Shown: positions 1 to 9,040 of the stretch, piece by piece
How positions within the stretch are numbered: the stretch's first letter is position 1
How the letters are laid out: each line of letters starts with the position of its first letter
Source: Wigglesworthia glossinidia endosymbiont of Glossina brevipalpis
GTDB taxonomy: Bacteria; Pseudomonadota; Gammaproteobacteria; Enterobacterales; Enterobacteriaceae
Direction: 5' to 3'
Assembly (NCBI GenBank): GCA_000008885.1
Contig: BA000021.3
Coordinates: forward strand, 390,001 to 422,000
DNA length: 32,000 bases
Program-made: the position numbers and the translations under genes
Notes under the pieces: generated by a model
Seen by the model: the letters and a program-made list of their open reading frames with translations, nothing else
Told to the model about the DNA's origin: nothing
Database searches by the model: none

Positions 1-627
1 TTTAAAGGAGTTTTTATCCCAAACTCTGCTATTATCTAAAGAAAATTCATCTCCTAAAAATAAATCTCCATTAAACAAACCAAATTCTAATTTAAAATCT
101 ACTAATATTAGTTCTGCTTTGTAAAAAATATCTTTAAGTATATTATTAATTTTATATAAAATTTTTTTTATTTTTTTAATATGATTTTCACTGATTAAAT
201 TAAATGATATACAGTGATATTCGTTTATCATTGGATCTTTTAATCCATCATTTTTAAAAAAAAATTCTAATATCGGAGGATTTATAAAAGAACGTTCTTT
301 TATTAAAAATCTTTTTAGCAAAGAACCATATGCATAATTTCTAACGACAAATTCAATTGGAATCATCTTTAATTTTTTAACTATTACTTGGTTATCAGAT
401 AATAAAGACAATATATGAGTTTTAATATTAAAACTAGAAATTTTATTCATTATATAATAATTAAACTTATTATTAATAATATCTTTATTGTCAAATTTTT
501 TAATATATTTACCATTTAATCTAGACATATCTTTTTTAAATTTTAATATTAAAACATCAGAATTATTTGTTGAATATATTATTTTAGATTTTCCTTGGTA
601 TATTTTATTTTTTTTTTTGATTTTCAT
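1..627 (-). CDS. purC: Phosphoribosylaminoimidazole-succinocarboxamide synthase (SAICAR synthase); 3' end runs off the window
   Basis: Reverse-strand reading from the ATG at 627: MKIKKKNKIYQGKSKIIYSTNNSDVLILKFKKD..., later ...IPIEFVVRNYAYGSLAKR... and ...AELILVDFKLEFGLFNGDLFLGDEFSLDNSRVWDK. These match the PurC motifs (VPVECVVRNRAAGSL, LVDFKLEFGL, LGDEFSPDGSRLWD). Absent from the ORF track because it has no stop inside the window. Confidence 0.93.
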   Translation of the reverse strand, partial: MKIKKKNKIYQGKSKIIYSTNNSDVLILKFKKDMSRLNGKYIKKFDNKDIINNKFNYYIMNKISSFNIKTHILSLLSDNQVIVKKLKMIPIEFVVRNYAYGSLLKRFLIKERSFINPPILEFFFKNDGLKDPMINEYHCISFNLISENHIKKIKKILYKINNILKDIFYKAELILVDFKLEFGLFNGDLFLGDEFSLDNSRVWDKNSFK

Positions 628-659
628 TTTATTAGATTTAATTTTTAAAATTAAATTCA

Positions 660-1556
660 TTAAATACAATTAATTTTGCTTTTTAATTTAATTTTATTTA
701 ATATTTTTTTAAACATAAAAATTTCTTTTTTATTTAAACCAATCATTGGCAATCTTATATATTTTGTTTTTATCAAACCTAAAAAATTACAAGCCCACTT
801 TATGGGTGTTGGATTAGGAGCTATTAATAAAATTTTATATAAGTCTAAAATATTATAATATAATTTTTCTGCTTTATAATAATGTCTATTATTAATTAAT
901 CTGCATAAACTTGAAGATTCATATGCGATAATATTTGCAGCGGTAGAAATTACACCACATCCTCCTAATTGCATAAAATCTAATATGTTAATATCATCTC
1001 CACATAATAAACAAAAATTTTTTTTAGAAAAAAACTTTATTTTTTTTACTCTACTTAAGTCTTTGCTGGAATCTTTTATTCCAATTATATTTTTTATATA
1101 TGATAATTTTGAAACAGTTTCAGGTAAAATATCGCATCCAGTCCTTTTAGGATTATTATAGATAATCTGCGGTATGTCTGTATTTTTAGAAATTTCTTTA
1201 AAGTAATTAAATATACCATTTTGTGTCGGACAACTATAATAAGGAGTAGATATCAAAATTCCCGATATATTTATTTTATTATAAAAATTAATTTGTTTCT
1301 TAATATTTTCAATATTAGATGATATTATACCTGCTATAACAGGTATTTTTTTGTCGCATGTTTCAAAAATATATTTGACAATATTGCATTGCTCTTCAAA
1401 AGTTAAAGAAAAATTTTCTCCAGTTGTTCCTATTGCTAATATAGCAGAAGTATTATTGACAATGTGATATTCGATTAATCCCTTTATGCTATCAAAATCT
1501 ATTTTACCAGATTTTTTCATTGGAGTTATTAACGCTACTATACTTCCTGTAAACAT
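660..1556 (-). CDS. dapA: 4-hydroxy-tetrahydrodipicolinate synthase
   Basis: 298 aa; MFTGSIVALITPM..., GTTGEN, YYSCPTQNGIFNYF, PQIIYNNPKRTGCD and IIGIKDSS match DapA. Confidence 0.96.
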   Translation of the reverse strand: MFTGSIVALITPMKKSGKIDFDSIKGLIEYHIVNNTSAILAIGTTGENFSLTFEEQCNIVKYIFETCDKKIPVIAGIISSNIENIKKQINFYNKINISGILISTPYYSCPTQNGIFNYFKEISKNTDIPQIIYNNPKRTGCDILPETVSKLSYIKNIIGIKDSSKDLSRVKKIKFFSKKNFCLLCGDDINILDFMQLGGCGVISTAANIIAYESSSLCRLINNRHYYKAEKLYYNILDLYKILLIAPNPTPIKWACNFLGLIKTKYIRLPMIGLNKKEIFMFKKILNKIKLKSKINCI

Positions 1557-1747
1557 ACAATATCCTTAAATACAATTAAAACAAAAATTTTATCAAATTA
1601 ATATTTAATTATTAATAATTATTTAATCTTGTTATTCATATAATTAATTTTATATTTATATTTTTTAATTATATATTAATATTAATATTATGTAAAAAAT
1701 TAAATTAGTATAATTTAAAATTTAATAAAAATTATTGATTACAAATT

Positions 1748-2788
1748 TTATTTAAAAAGAACTTTTTTATTTTCATGTATTTTATGAACTATTTTACCTA
1801 TTTTCCAAGCTTTTTCTCCCATTTGGTTTAATATTTTTAAAGCAAGGTTTGCATCATTTTTAGAAACTATTACAACCATACCAACTCCGCAATTAAACGT
1901 TTTGTACATTTCTTTCTTTTTTATATTTCCTGTTTCCTGTATCCATTTAAATATTAATGGCCAATTCCAAGTATCTTCATATATTACTGCGCATGTATTT
2001 TTTGGAGTAATACGTGGTATATTATCTAAAAAAGATCCACCTGTAATATGTGAAATAGCATTAACTTTTATTTGCTTTATTAAATTTAATATATTAGTCG
2101 AATAAATACGAGTAGGAGTCAAAAGATAATTTATTAATTTTTTATTATTTAAATAATAATCATTATAGTTGATATTATTTTGTGATATAATTTTTCTTAT
2201 AAGAGAATATCCATTAGAATGAAGCCCGCTAGAAGATAAAGCCAAAATTTCATCTCCGATTTTCACATTATTAATATCAATAATTTTAGATCTTTCTACT
2301 ACTCCAACGCAAAAACCAGATAAATCATAATTTTTATTTGAATAAAAACCTGGCATTTCAGCGGTTTCTCCTCCTACTAAAGAACATCCAGATATTTTAC
2401 ATCCTTTTGATATACCATTTATAATTTTCAAAGATATATCTATATCAATTTTCCCAGTAGCATAATAATCAAGAAAAAATAGAGGATCTGCTCCTTGAGT
2501 TATAATATCGTTTACACACATTGCTACTAAATCTATTCCAATATCATTGTGATTATTTTCTTTTATAGCGAAATACAATTTAGTTCCAACTCCATCTGTA
2601 CTTAATACTAAAACTGGATCTAAATATTTTTTTGGAATAGAACAAATAGCTGAAAACGGACCAATGCCTTTTATAACTTCTTTTGTTTTAGTTTTTTTAG
2701 AAATTAATTTAATTTTATCAATAAAAAAATTGGAAGATTTTGTATCAACTCCAGAATCCTTATATGATAATGGTTTTTTTTTGTTCAT
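1748..2788 (-). CDS. purM: Phosphoribosylformylglycinamidine cyclo-ligase (AIR synthase)
   Basis: 346 aa; LSTDGVGTKL, VNDIITQGADPLFFLDYYATGKID and LVGGETAEMPGFY are PurM signatures. Confidence 0.96.
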   Translation of the reverse strand: MNKKKPLSYKDSGVDTKSSNFFIDKIKLISKKTKTKEVIKGIGPFSAICSIPKKYLDPVLVLSTDGVGTKLYFAIKENNHNDIGIDLVAMCVNDIITQGADPLFFLDYYATGKIDIDISLKIINGISKGCKISGCSLVGGETAEMPGFYSNKNYDLSGFCVGVVERSKIIDINNVKIGDEILALSSSGLHSNGYSLIRKIISQNNINYNDYYLNNKKLINYLLTPTRIYSTNILNLIKQIKVNAISHITGGSFLDNIPRITPKNTCAVIYEDTWNWPLIFKWIQETGNIKKKEMYKTFNCGVGMVVIVSKNDANLALKILNQMGEKAWKIGKIVHKIHENKKVLFK

Positions 2789-2947
2789 ATAATTTAATTT
2801 AAAAAAATATAATTAATATATTATGATAAACTATTTTTTTTAAATGAAAATTCAAAAAAAAATAATTTTATTTTTTTTAAAACATTTTAAATACATGTTA
2901 GAATTTTTTATCATTTAACAAATTTTAATTTATTAAATAATATAAAT

Positions 2948-3022
2948 ACGTCTGTAGCTCAGAATGGACAGAGCACCACTATGACATAGTGGGGGCCAGT
3001 GGTTCAAATCCACTCAGACGTA
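2948..3022 (+). tRNA. tRNA-Val (anticodon GAC)
   Basis: Cloverleaf read by eye: acceptor ACGTCTG/CAGACGT (7/7 paired), anticodon arm CCACT-ATGACAT-AGTGG with anticodon GAC, T arm AGTGG-TTCAAAT-CCACT, discriminator A, no encoded CCA. Closely resembles the E. coli tRNA-Val(GAC) anticodon arm. Confidence 0.95.
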
Positions 3023-3110
3023 ATTTTTAAATAAAAAATTATTTAATGATAAAATCATTTGATAAATAAAAATTTTTAATTTTTTATTTATAAAATATCA
3101 AGAGGAATTT

Positions 3111-3731
3111 ATGTTTACAGGAATTATACAGGGAATAGGAACAGTTTCTCTTTTAGAAAAAAAAAATAGTATATACACTTATAGTATACTTTCTCCAAAA
3201 AATATTTTGCTTGATTTGTCTATAGGAGATTCTGTATCAAATAATGGATGTTGTTTGACAGTTTCTAAAATCAAAAAAAATGAAATTACATTCGATTTAA
3301 TACAGGAAACAATTAAATTAACTAGTTTTAAAAAAACGAAAATAGGAGACGATATTAATTTAGAAAAATCTATATCCTTGAGTCAAGGATTAAGCGGACA
3401 TTTAATGTCTGGACATATTGCATGCACTGGAACTATTTTAACAAATGATATAAATGAATATAATAGAAAAATGTATATTAATATTGATAATAAAAGTAAA
3501 ATAAAGTATATTTTTTATAAAGGATATATAGGAATAGATGGAATTAGTTTAACAGTTTCAGGAATTAAAAATTTTTGTTTTTGCGTAGATTTAATACCAG
3601 AAACTTTAAAAAGAACAAATTTAAAAAATAAAAAAATAGGAGATTTAGTAAATATAGAAATAGACTCAAATACTCAAGCTATAGTAAATACTGTAGAAAA
3701 ACAATTAAAAAAATACAGAAAATTAATGTAA
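3111..3731 (+). CDS. ribC: Riboflavin synthase alpha chain (ribC in E. coli naming, also called ribE)
   Basis: 206 aa; MFTGIIQGIGTV, NGCCLTVS, LSGHLMSGHIACTG and GIDGISLTVSG are the duplicated lumazine-binding motifs; upstream RBS-like aagaggaattt. Confidence 0.95.
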   Translation: MFTGIIQGIGTVSLLEKKNSIYTYSILSPKNILLDLSIGDSVSNNGCCLTVSKIKKNEITFDLIQETIKLTSFKKTKIGDDINLEKSISLSQGLSGHLMSGHIACTGTILTNDINEYNRKMYINIDNKSKIKYIFYKGYIGIDGISLTVSGIKNFCFCVDLIPETLKRTNLKNKKIGDLVNIEIDSNTQAIVNTVEKQLKKYRKLM

Positions 3732-3771
3732 ATTTTTATTTATTTTATATTTATAAAAAAATCTAAATAAT

Positions 3772-4092
3772 ATGAAAAATTCAATAGAAAAAATAAAAGA
3801 ACAAATTAAAAAAAACAAAATAATTTTATATATGAAAGGATCACCAGAAAATCCAAAATGTGGTTTTTCTTCGAAAGTTGCAAGAATATTATGTGAGTCT
3901 AATTTTAGATTTGCATACGTAGATGTTATTTCAAATCCACACATAAGAGAAAAATTACCAGAATTTTCTAATTGGCCAACATTTCCACAACTTTGGGTAA
4001 ATGGGAGTTTAGTAGGAGGATGTGATATAGTAACAAAAATGCATGAAAAAGGAGAACTTGTTCCATTTATTAATAAAGAAATAAATAAATAA
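3772..4092 (+). CDS. grxD: Monothiol glutaredoxin (Grx4 family)
   Basis: 106 aa; LYMKGSPENPKCGFS, WPTFPQLWVNGSLVGGCDIV; monothiol CGFS active site. Confidence 0.95.
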   Translation: MKNSIEKIKEQIKKNKIILYMKGSPENPKCGFSSKVARILCESNFRFAYVDVISNPHIREKLPEFSNWPTFPQLWVNGSLVGGCDIVTKMHEKGELVPFINKEINK

Positions 4093-4116
4093 TAATTAAT
4101 TTTTTATCTAATAAAA

Positions 4117-4764
4117 TTACTTCCTATTTTTTGGGATAGGCCATCCTCCCATTTTCTTCCATCTATTAACAATTTCGCAAAACAATTCTGCTGTTTTTTT
4201 AGAATCATATAAAGCCGAATGAGCATAATTATTGTTAAATTCAATTCCTGCAATTATACAAGCTTTAGATAAAACAGTTTGACCTAAAACCAATCCACTT
4301 AAAGTTGCTGTATCAAATGTAGAAAACGAATGAAAAGGATTGTATTTAATTTTAGATCTATCAACCGCAGACATTAAAAAACTATGATCAAAGTATGCAT
4401 TATGAGCTACTACTACAGCTTTGCTGCAAGATTGTTTTTTAATACCTAATCGAACCGTATTAAATATCTCTTTTATAGCTTTTCTTTCATTTATAGCGGC
4501 ACGAAAAGGATTATAAGGATCTATTTTATTAAATTTTAAAGCGCTTTTTTTTATATTTAATCCTGGAGTTGGAATAATATTAAAATGCAGTTTATTATCT
4601 ATTCTTAAAAACCCATTATCATCCATTCTTAATGTAATAATTGCTATTTCTAATAAAGCGTCTCTATAAGGATCAAATCCTGCTGTTTCTACATCTATAA
4701 CTACTGGATAAAATCCTCTAAAACGGTTTTTTAAAAAATTTTTTATATTTTTTGATTGAAACAT
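4117..4764 (-). CDS. rnt: Ribonuclease T
   Basis: 215 aa; [28 protein letters not shown] (ExoI DxE motif) and [11 protein letters not shown] match RNase T. Confidence 0.95.
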   Translation of the reverse strand: MFQSKNIKNFLKNRFRGFYPVVIDVETAGFDPYRDALLEIAIITLRMDDNGFLRIDNKLHFNIIPTPGLNIKKSALKFNKIDPYNPFRAAINERKAIKEIFNTVRLGIKKQSCSKAVVVAHNAYFDHSFLMSAVDRSKIKYNPFHSFSTFDTATLSGLVLGQTVLSKACIIAGIEFNNNYAHSALYDSKKTAELFCEIVNRWKKMGGWPIPKNRK

Positions 4765-4880
4765 AATTATATTATAATTTAAAATTAATATAAAATATAA
4801 TTTTTTTATTAAAAATTATTAATATGTTATAATATTAAAATTAATTTAAATGAAATTAATTAATTTGTATTAAAATAATA

Positions 4881-4909
4881 TTGACTTTTACATTATTATT
4901 TATTTTAAT
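4881..4909 (+). promoter_or_regulatory. Candidate sigma70 promoter (TTGACT-N17-TTTAAT) in the long gap upstream of slyA
   Basis: TTGACT at 4881-4886 and TTTAAT at 4904-4909 with 17 bp spacing, within an otherwise almost GC-free region. The low-complexity background makes chance -10 matches likely. Confidence 0.3.
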
Positions 4910-5220
4910 TAGTCGTATATAAATTATATATAAATAGTTTTTTTATAAAATTAAATTTTATTTTTAATAAATTTAAATAAAATTTTTTTAAATGTATATA
5001 ATTAAATCTTAATTAAATAATTACTTACTAATTTTATACAAAAATATATAATAATAAATTAAAAAATATAAATATTTTATTTAAAAATATAAAAAATATT
5101 AAAATATTTTAAATTAAATTTTAATTTTCTAATAAAAAATTTTAATTATTTTATTTTTATTATATATATTTATTAGAACAAACAATATATTTTTAGAAAT
5201 CTAATGATAAGGAGAAAAAA

Positions 5221-5655
5221 TTGGAATCGCCATTAGGATCTGATTTATCACGTTTAGTAAGAATATGGCGTGCTTTAATTGATCATCGCCTAAAACCATT
5301 AGAGTTAACACAAACACACTGGATAACTTTACATAATATTTGCCAGTTGCCACCAGAACAATCTCAGATTCAGCTGGCAAAGGCAATAGGAATAGAACAA
5401 CCTTCGCTGGTTAGAACGCTTGATCAATTAGAAGAAAAAGGTCTAATAACAAGACATACATGCTCTAATGACAGAAGAGCTAAAAGAATAAAACTTACTA
5501 AATCCGCAGAACCAATCATTCAAAAAGTAAATAATGTTATTCATACTACTAGAGAGGAAATTCTTAATGGAATTAATCAAGAAGAAATTCAATGGCTGAG
5601 TCAAATGATTTCTAAATTAGAAAAAAATATATTAGAGCTATATAATAAATCTTAA
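5221..5655 (+). CDS. slyA: MarR-family transcriptional regulator SlyA (TTG start)
   Basis: 144 aa; [92 protein letters not shown] is nearly identical to enterobacterial SlyA; strong Shine-Dalgarno AAGGAG just upstream. Confidence 0.97.
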   Translation: MESPLGSDLSRLVRIWRALIDHRLKPLELTQTHWITLHNICQLPPEQSQIQLAKAIGIEQPSLVRTLDQLEEKGLITRHTCSNDRRAKRIKLTKSAEPIIQKVNNVIHTTREEILNGINQEEIQWLSQMISKLEKNILELYNKS

Positions 5656-5681
5656 TTTTTATATTAATTAAAATAAAAATT

Positions 5682-5710
5682 ATTTCCGGTCTAAAAACAA
5701 GACCGGAAAT
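5682..5710 (+). terminator. Probable Rho-independent terminator downstream of slyA
   Basis: Perfect 11-bp stem ATTTCCGGTCT (5682-5692) / AGACCGGAAAT (5700-5710) with 7-nt loop AAAAACA, followed by a T-rich stretch (ttgtattttatttt). Confidence 0.7.
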
Positions 5711-5749
5711 TTGTATTTTATTTTATTTTAAATTATACATTTAATATAT

Positions 5750-6400
5750 ATGAATAAAATATTAAAAAAAATTTTACTAAAAAATAGAGAATATTCTATT
5801 GGAAGTTTAAGAAAAAATCAGTTAATGAATAATCCTTTAGATATGTTTAAAATATGGCTTAAAGAAGCATATAAATCAAAAATTCCAGATATTACAGCAA
5901 TGATATTAGGTACTGTAGATGATAAAAATCAATCTTACCAAAGAATGGTTTTATTAAAATATATAGATTCAAAAAAAGTTATATTTTATACTAACTTTAA
6001 AAGCAGAAAAGCAAATCATATAAAAAATAATTCTAAAGTAAGTTTATTATTTCCATGGAATATATTAGATAGACAAGTATTATTTTTAGGATATGCAAAA
6101 AAGATACCTCAAGATGATATTAAAAAATATTTTTATACTAGATCTAAAAATAGTCAAATTAGCGTATGGGCATCTAAACAATCTCAAATAATAAAAAAAA
6201 GATCTATATTAGACGATAAATTCTTAAAATTAAAACATGAATTTCAAAAAAAAGTTGTTCCATTTCCAAAATTTTGGGGAGGATATAAAATTAATATATC
6301 ATCAGCAGAATTTTGGCAAGGAAGAAAAAACAGATTACATGATCGTTTTATATATAAAAAAATTCATTCAAAATGGAATATATATAGATTATCTCCTTAG
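5750..6400 (+). CDS. pdxH: Pyridoxine/pyridoxamine 5'-phosphate oxidase
   Basis: 216 aa; [46 protein letters not shown] and [15 protein letters not shown] match PdxH. Confidence 0.95.
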
Positions 6401-6446
6401 ATGTATTATAAAAATTATTAATAAGATTTTTTTAAATAAAAATATA

Positions 6447-7727
6447 ATGAAAGATTTAATTCAAGAGTTAAAAAATCGTAAATTAATTTCAAAATTAACA
6501 GACGAAATAAATATAAAAAAAATATTAAAAGAAAAAAAAATAAATTTATACTGTGGATTTGATCCTACAGCAGATAGTTTACACATAGGTCATTTAATAC
6601 CTTTGTTGTTTTTAAAAAGATTTAGTAATTTTGGACATATTCCAATAATAGTTATTGGAGGAGCTACAGCTTTATTGGGAGATTTTAATATTAAAAAAAA
6701 TAAAAGTTTTTTAGAAAAATATAAAAATGTAAAAAATTGGTCTAAAACAATAGAAAATCAAATTTTAAATATTATAAAATATGAAAATAATAATTGTAAT
6801 TTAATTATATTAAATAATTATTTATGGATAAAAGAACTAAAAATAATAAATTTTTTAAGAGATATAGGACGATTTATTTCTATAAATAAAATTTTAAGAA
6901 AAGAAATAGTAAAGAAAAAATTAAAAGAAAACCAACATATATCTTTTATGGAATTTTCTTATAGTTTATTGCAAGGATATGATTATTATTTTTTAAATTT
7001 AAATTATGATGTATATATACAAATAGGAGGATCTGATCAATGGAGTAATATAATTTCTGGAATAGATCTTGTAAATAAAATAAATAAAAAAAAAGTATAT
7101 GGAATTACTACTCCGTTATTAACTAGATCAAATGGATCTAAGCTAGGAAAATCTGATGACAAAGAAAAAGTGATTTGGTTAGATAAAAAAAAGACTAGCG
7201 TATATGAATTTTATCAATTCTGGTTAAATACACCAGACGAAAAAATTTTCAGATACCTAAAATTATTTACTTTTATAAGTATGTCAGAAATTAATAAATT
7301 AAAATGTAAATTCTTTAATAAAGAAATAAATCCATTTCAAGCTCAAAAAATTTTGGCAGACGAAATTACTAAAATTGTTCATGGCATAAGTCAATTAAGA
7401 TTAGCTCAAAAAGCAACTAATTTTTTATTTTATAAAAAAATTTCAGAACTTTCTATTGAAGATTTTTATTTATTATCTACGTCAGGAATAAAAATATATT
7501 ATCCTAAATCAAATGAAAATATTAAAGATATATTGGTAAATTCTAAATTATCTAAATCTAAAAATAATGCAAAAAGTGTTATTTTATCTTCTTCTATAAG
7601 AATAAATAATAAAAAACAAAAATCTATAGATTTTATGTTTAAAAAAGAAGATAAATTATTTAATTTGTTTACTTTAATAAAGAAAGGAAAAAAAGATTTT
7701 TGTTTGTTGATTTGGAAAAATTATTAA
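6447..7727 (+). CDS. tyrS: Tyrosyl-tRNA synthetase; start reassigned from the 6237 ORF start to the ATG at 6447
   Basis: MKDLIQELKNRKLISKLTDE... aligns with the TyrS N-terminus; CGFDPTADSLHIGHL (HIGH motif), LQIGGSDQW-like YIQIGGSDQWSNI, and SKLGKSDD (KMSKS equivalent). The 70 codons upstream overlap pdxH and look like chance open frame. Confidence 0.95.
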   Translation: MKDLIQELKNRKLISKLTDEINIKKILKEKKINLYCGFDPTADSLHIGHLIPLLFLKRFSNFGHIPIIVIGGATALLGDFNIKKNKSFLEKYKNVKNWSKTIENQILNIIKYENNNCNLIILNNYLWIKELKIINFLRDIGRFISINKILRKEIVKKKLKENQHISFMEFSYSLLQGYDYYFLNLNYDVYIQIGGSDQWSNIISGIDLVNKINKKKVYGITTPLLTRSNGSKLGKSDDKEKVIWLDKKKTSVYEFYQFWLNTPDEKIFRYLKLFTFISMSEINKLKCKFFNKEINPFQAQKILADEITKIVHGISQLRLAQKATNFLFYKKISELSIEDFYLLSTSGIKIYYPKSNENIKDILVNSKLSKSKNNAKSVILSSSIRINNKKQKSIDFMFKKEDKLFNLFTLIKKGKKDFCLLIWKNY

Positions 7728-7741
7728 TTTATAAAAAATTT

Positions 7742-8371
7742 TTATAGATTATTTTTATAAAATTTGCATAAATCATTAATTTTACAAATTTTGCAATTTG
7801 GTCTTTTAGATTTGCAAATGTATCTTCCTTGCAAAACTAATAATGAATGACAACTTATTTTAAATTCTTTTGGAACAATATTATCAAGAGTATTTTCTAC
7901 ATTTCTTAAATTATTTGAATTTGACAAACCAATTCTGTTACTTACTCTAAGTACATGAGTATCCACTGCTATTGTTTCAAATCCAAATGCAACATTTAAA
8001 ATAACATTTGCACTTTTTCTTCCTATTCCTGGAAGGCTTTCTAAATGTTTTCTTTTACTTGGAATTTTCCCATTAAATTTTTTTAATAAAATATTACAAG
8101 ATTTTAAAATAAAATCAGTTTTTCTATTAAAAAACCCTATGGATTTAATATAATATTTTATTTTTTCTCCTAATTTAATCATATTATATGGATTGTTAGC
8201 CTTAGAAAATAAGTTTTTAGTCACAAAATTTACTTGAGCATCCTTAGTTCTAGACGAAAGAAGAACCGCAATGAATAACTCAAAATTTGATTTGAACTTT
8301 AATTCAATTCTAGAATTTGGAAAAAATTTTTTTAGTCTTAAAAAGACATTTGTTACTTTCGTTCTGTGCAT
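7742..8371 (-). CDS. nth: Endonuclease III
   Basis: 209 aa; LLSSRTKDAQVN, LESLPGIGRKSANVILNVAFG (HhH), VDTHVLRVSNRIG, and the C-terminal 4Fe-4S motif CKSKRPNCKICKINDLC. Confidence 0.96.
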   Translation of the reverse strand: MHRTKVTNVFLRLKKFFPNSRIELKFKSNFELFIAVLLSSRTKDAQVNFVTKNLFSKANNPYNMIKLGEKIKYYIKSIGFFNRKTDFILKSCNILLKKFNGKIPSKRKHLESLPGIGRKSANVILNVAFGFETIAVDTHVLRVSNRIGLSNSNNLRNVENTLDNIVPKEFKISCHSLLVLQGRYICKSKRPNCKICKINDLCKFYKNNL

Positions 8372-8379
8372 AAATAATA

Positions 8380-8931
8380 TTATTTTTGCATTAAATAAAT
8401 ATTTTTAGTTTCTGTTGATTCGTTCCATAATCTGTTGAATTCTAATTCATATTTTTCTGATATTTCTGGAATATTTTTTATTAAAATAACATTTTCTGCA
8501 TTTCTATTATCTGCGCTTTGAGTATAATTAAAAGATCCAGTTTGAATAGAGTTTTTATCTATAATCATAAATTTATTATGCATAATAGAATATTTATCAT
8601 TTAATCTTATTGGTATTTTATGATTAGATAGGTAAGTTATAGCTGTATATTTTCCACTGTTAGATTTTTTATCTGCTATTATTCTTATTTTTACACCACG
8701 CTTGTCTGCTTCTACTAACGCTAAGCTAATTTTTTTACTTGTAAATGAATAAGCTGCAATATCTATTGAATATTTTGATTCATGTATTGAATCTAAAATA
8801 ATTTTTTGCGCTGTATGACCAGGAGAAAATCCAATTTTAACATTTGAATAATCTATATTCTGTATAGAATATGATTTGTTAGTAACAATTAAACTTAAAA
8901 AAAATAAAAAAATAAAATAGACTAATTTCAT
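8380..8931 (-). CDS. Secreted/periplasmic phospholipase D-superfamily (Nuc/EndA-like) nuclease
   Basis: 183 aa; N-terminal signal-like MKLVYFIFLFFLSLIVTNKSYS, single HKD motif HNKFMIIDKNSIQTGSFNYTQSADNRNAEN, and IDIAAYSFTSKKIS. One HKD per chain is typical of dimeric Nuc-type nucleases. Confidence 0.88.
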   Translation of the reverse strand: MKLVYFIFLFFLSLIVTNKSYSIQNIDYSNVKIGFSPGHTAQKIILDSIHESKYSIDIAAYSFTSKKISLALVEADKRGVKIRIIADKKSNSGKYTAITYLSNHKIPIRLNDKYSIMHNKFMIIDKNSIQTGSFNYTQSADNRNAENVILIKNIPEISEKYELEFNRLWNESTETKNIYLMQK

Positions 8932-9040
8932 ATTATTTGTGATAAATTTTTATAAAAATTAATTAAAATTGTTTTTTAAATTTAAATATTTTATTTATTA
9001 AAAATAAAATCCATGTGCAAACAAATAAAAAATTAAATTT

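Noticed and set aside
488-858. Plus-strand ORFs 488..673 and 676..858
   Set aside because: Antisense to purC and dapA; low-complexity F/I/L-rich translations typical of AT-rich antisense frames.
1902-2105. Plus-strand 67-aa ORF
   Set aside because: Fully antisense to purM, no recognisable motif.
3723-3944. Minus-strand 73-aa ORF
   Set aside because: Antisense to grxD.
5201-5386. Minus-strand 61-aa ORF over the slyA start
   Set aside because: Antisense to highly conserved slyA; coding signal belongs to the plus strand.
6237-6446. N-terminal extension of the tyrS ORF overlapping pdxH by about 160 nt
   Set aside because: Conserved TyrS sequence starts at the ATG at 6447; the upstream 70 codons have no family similarity and lie over well-conserved pdxH.
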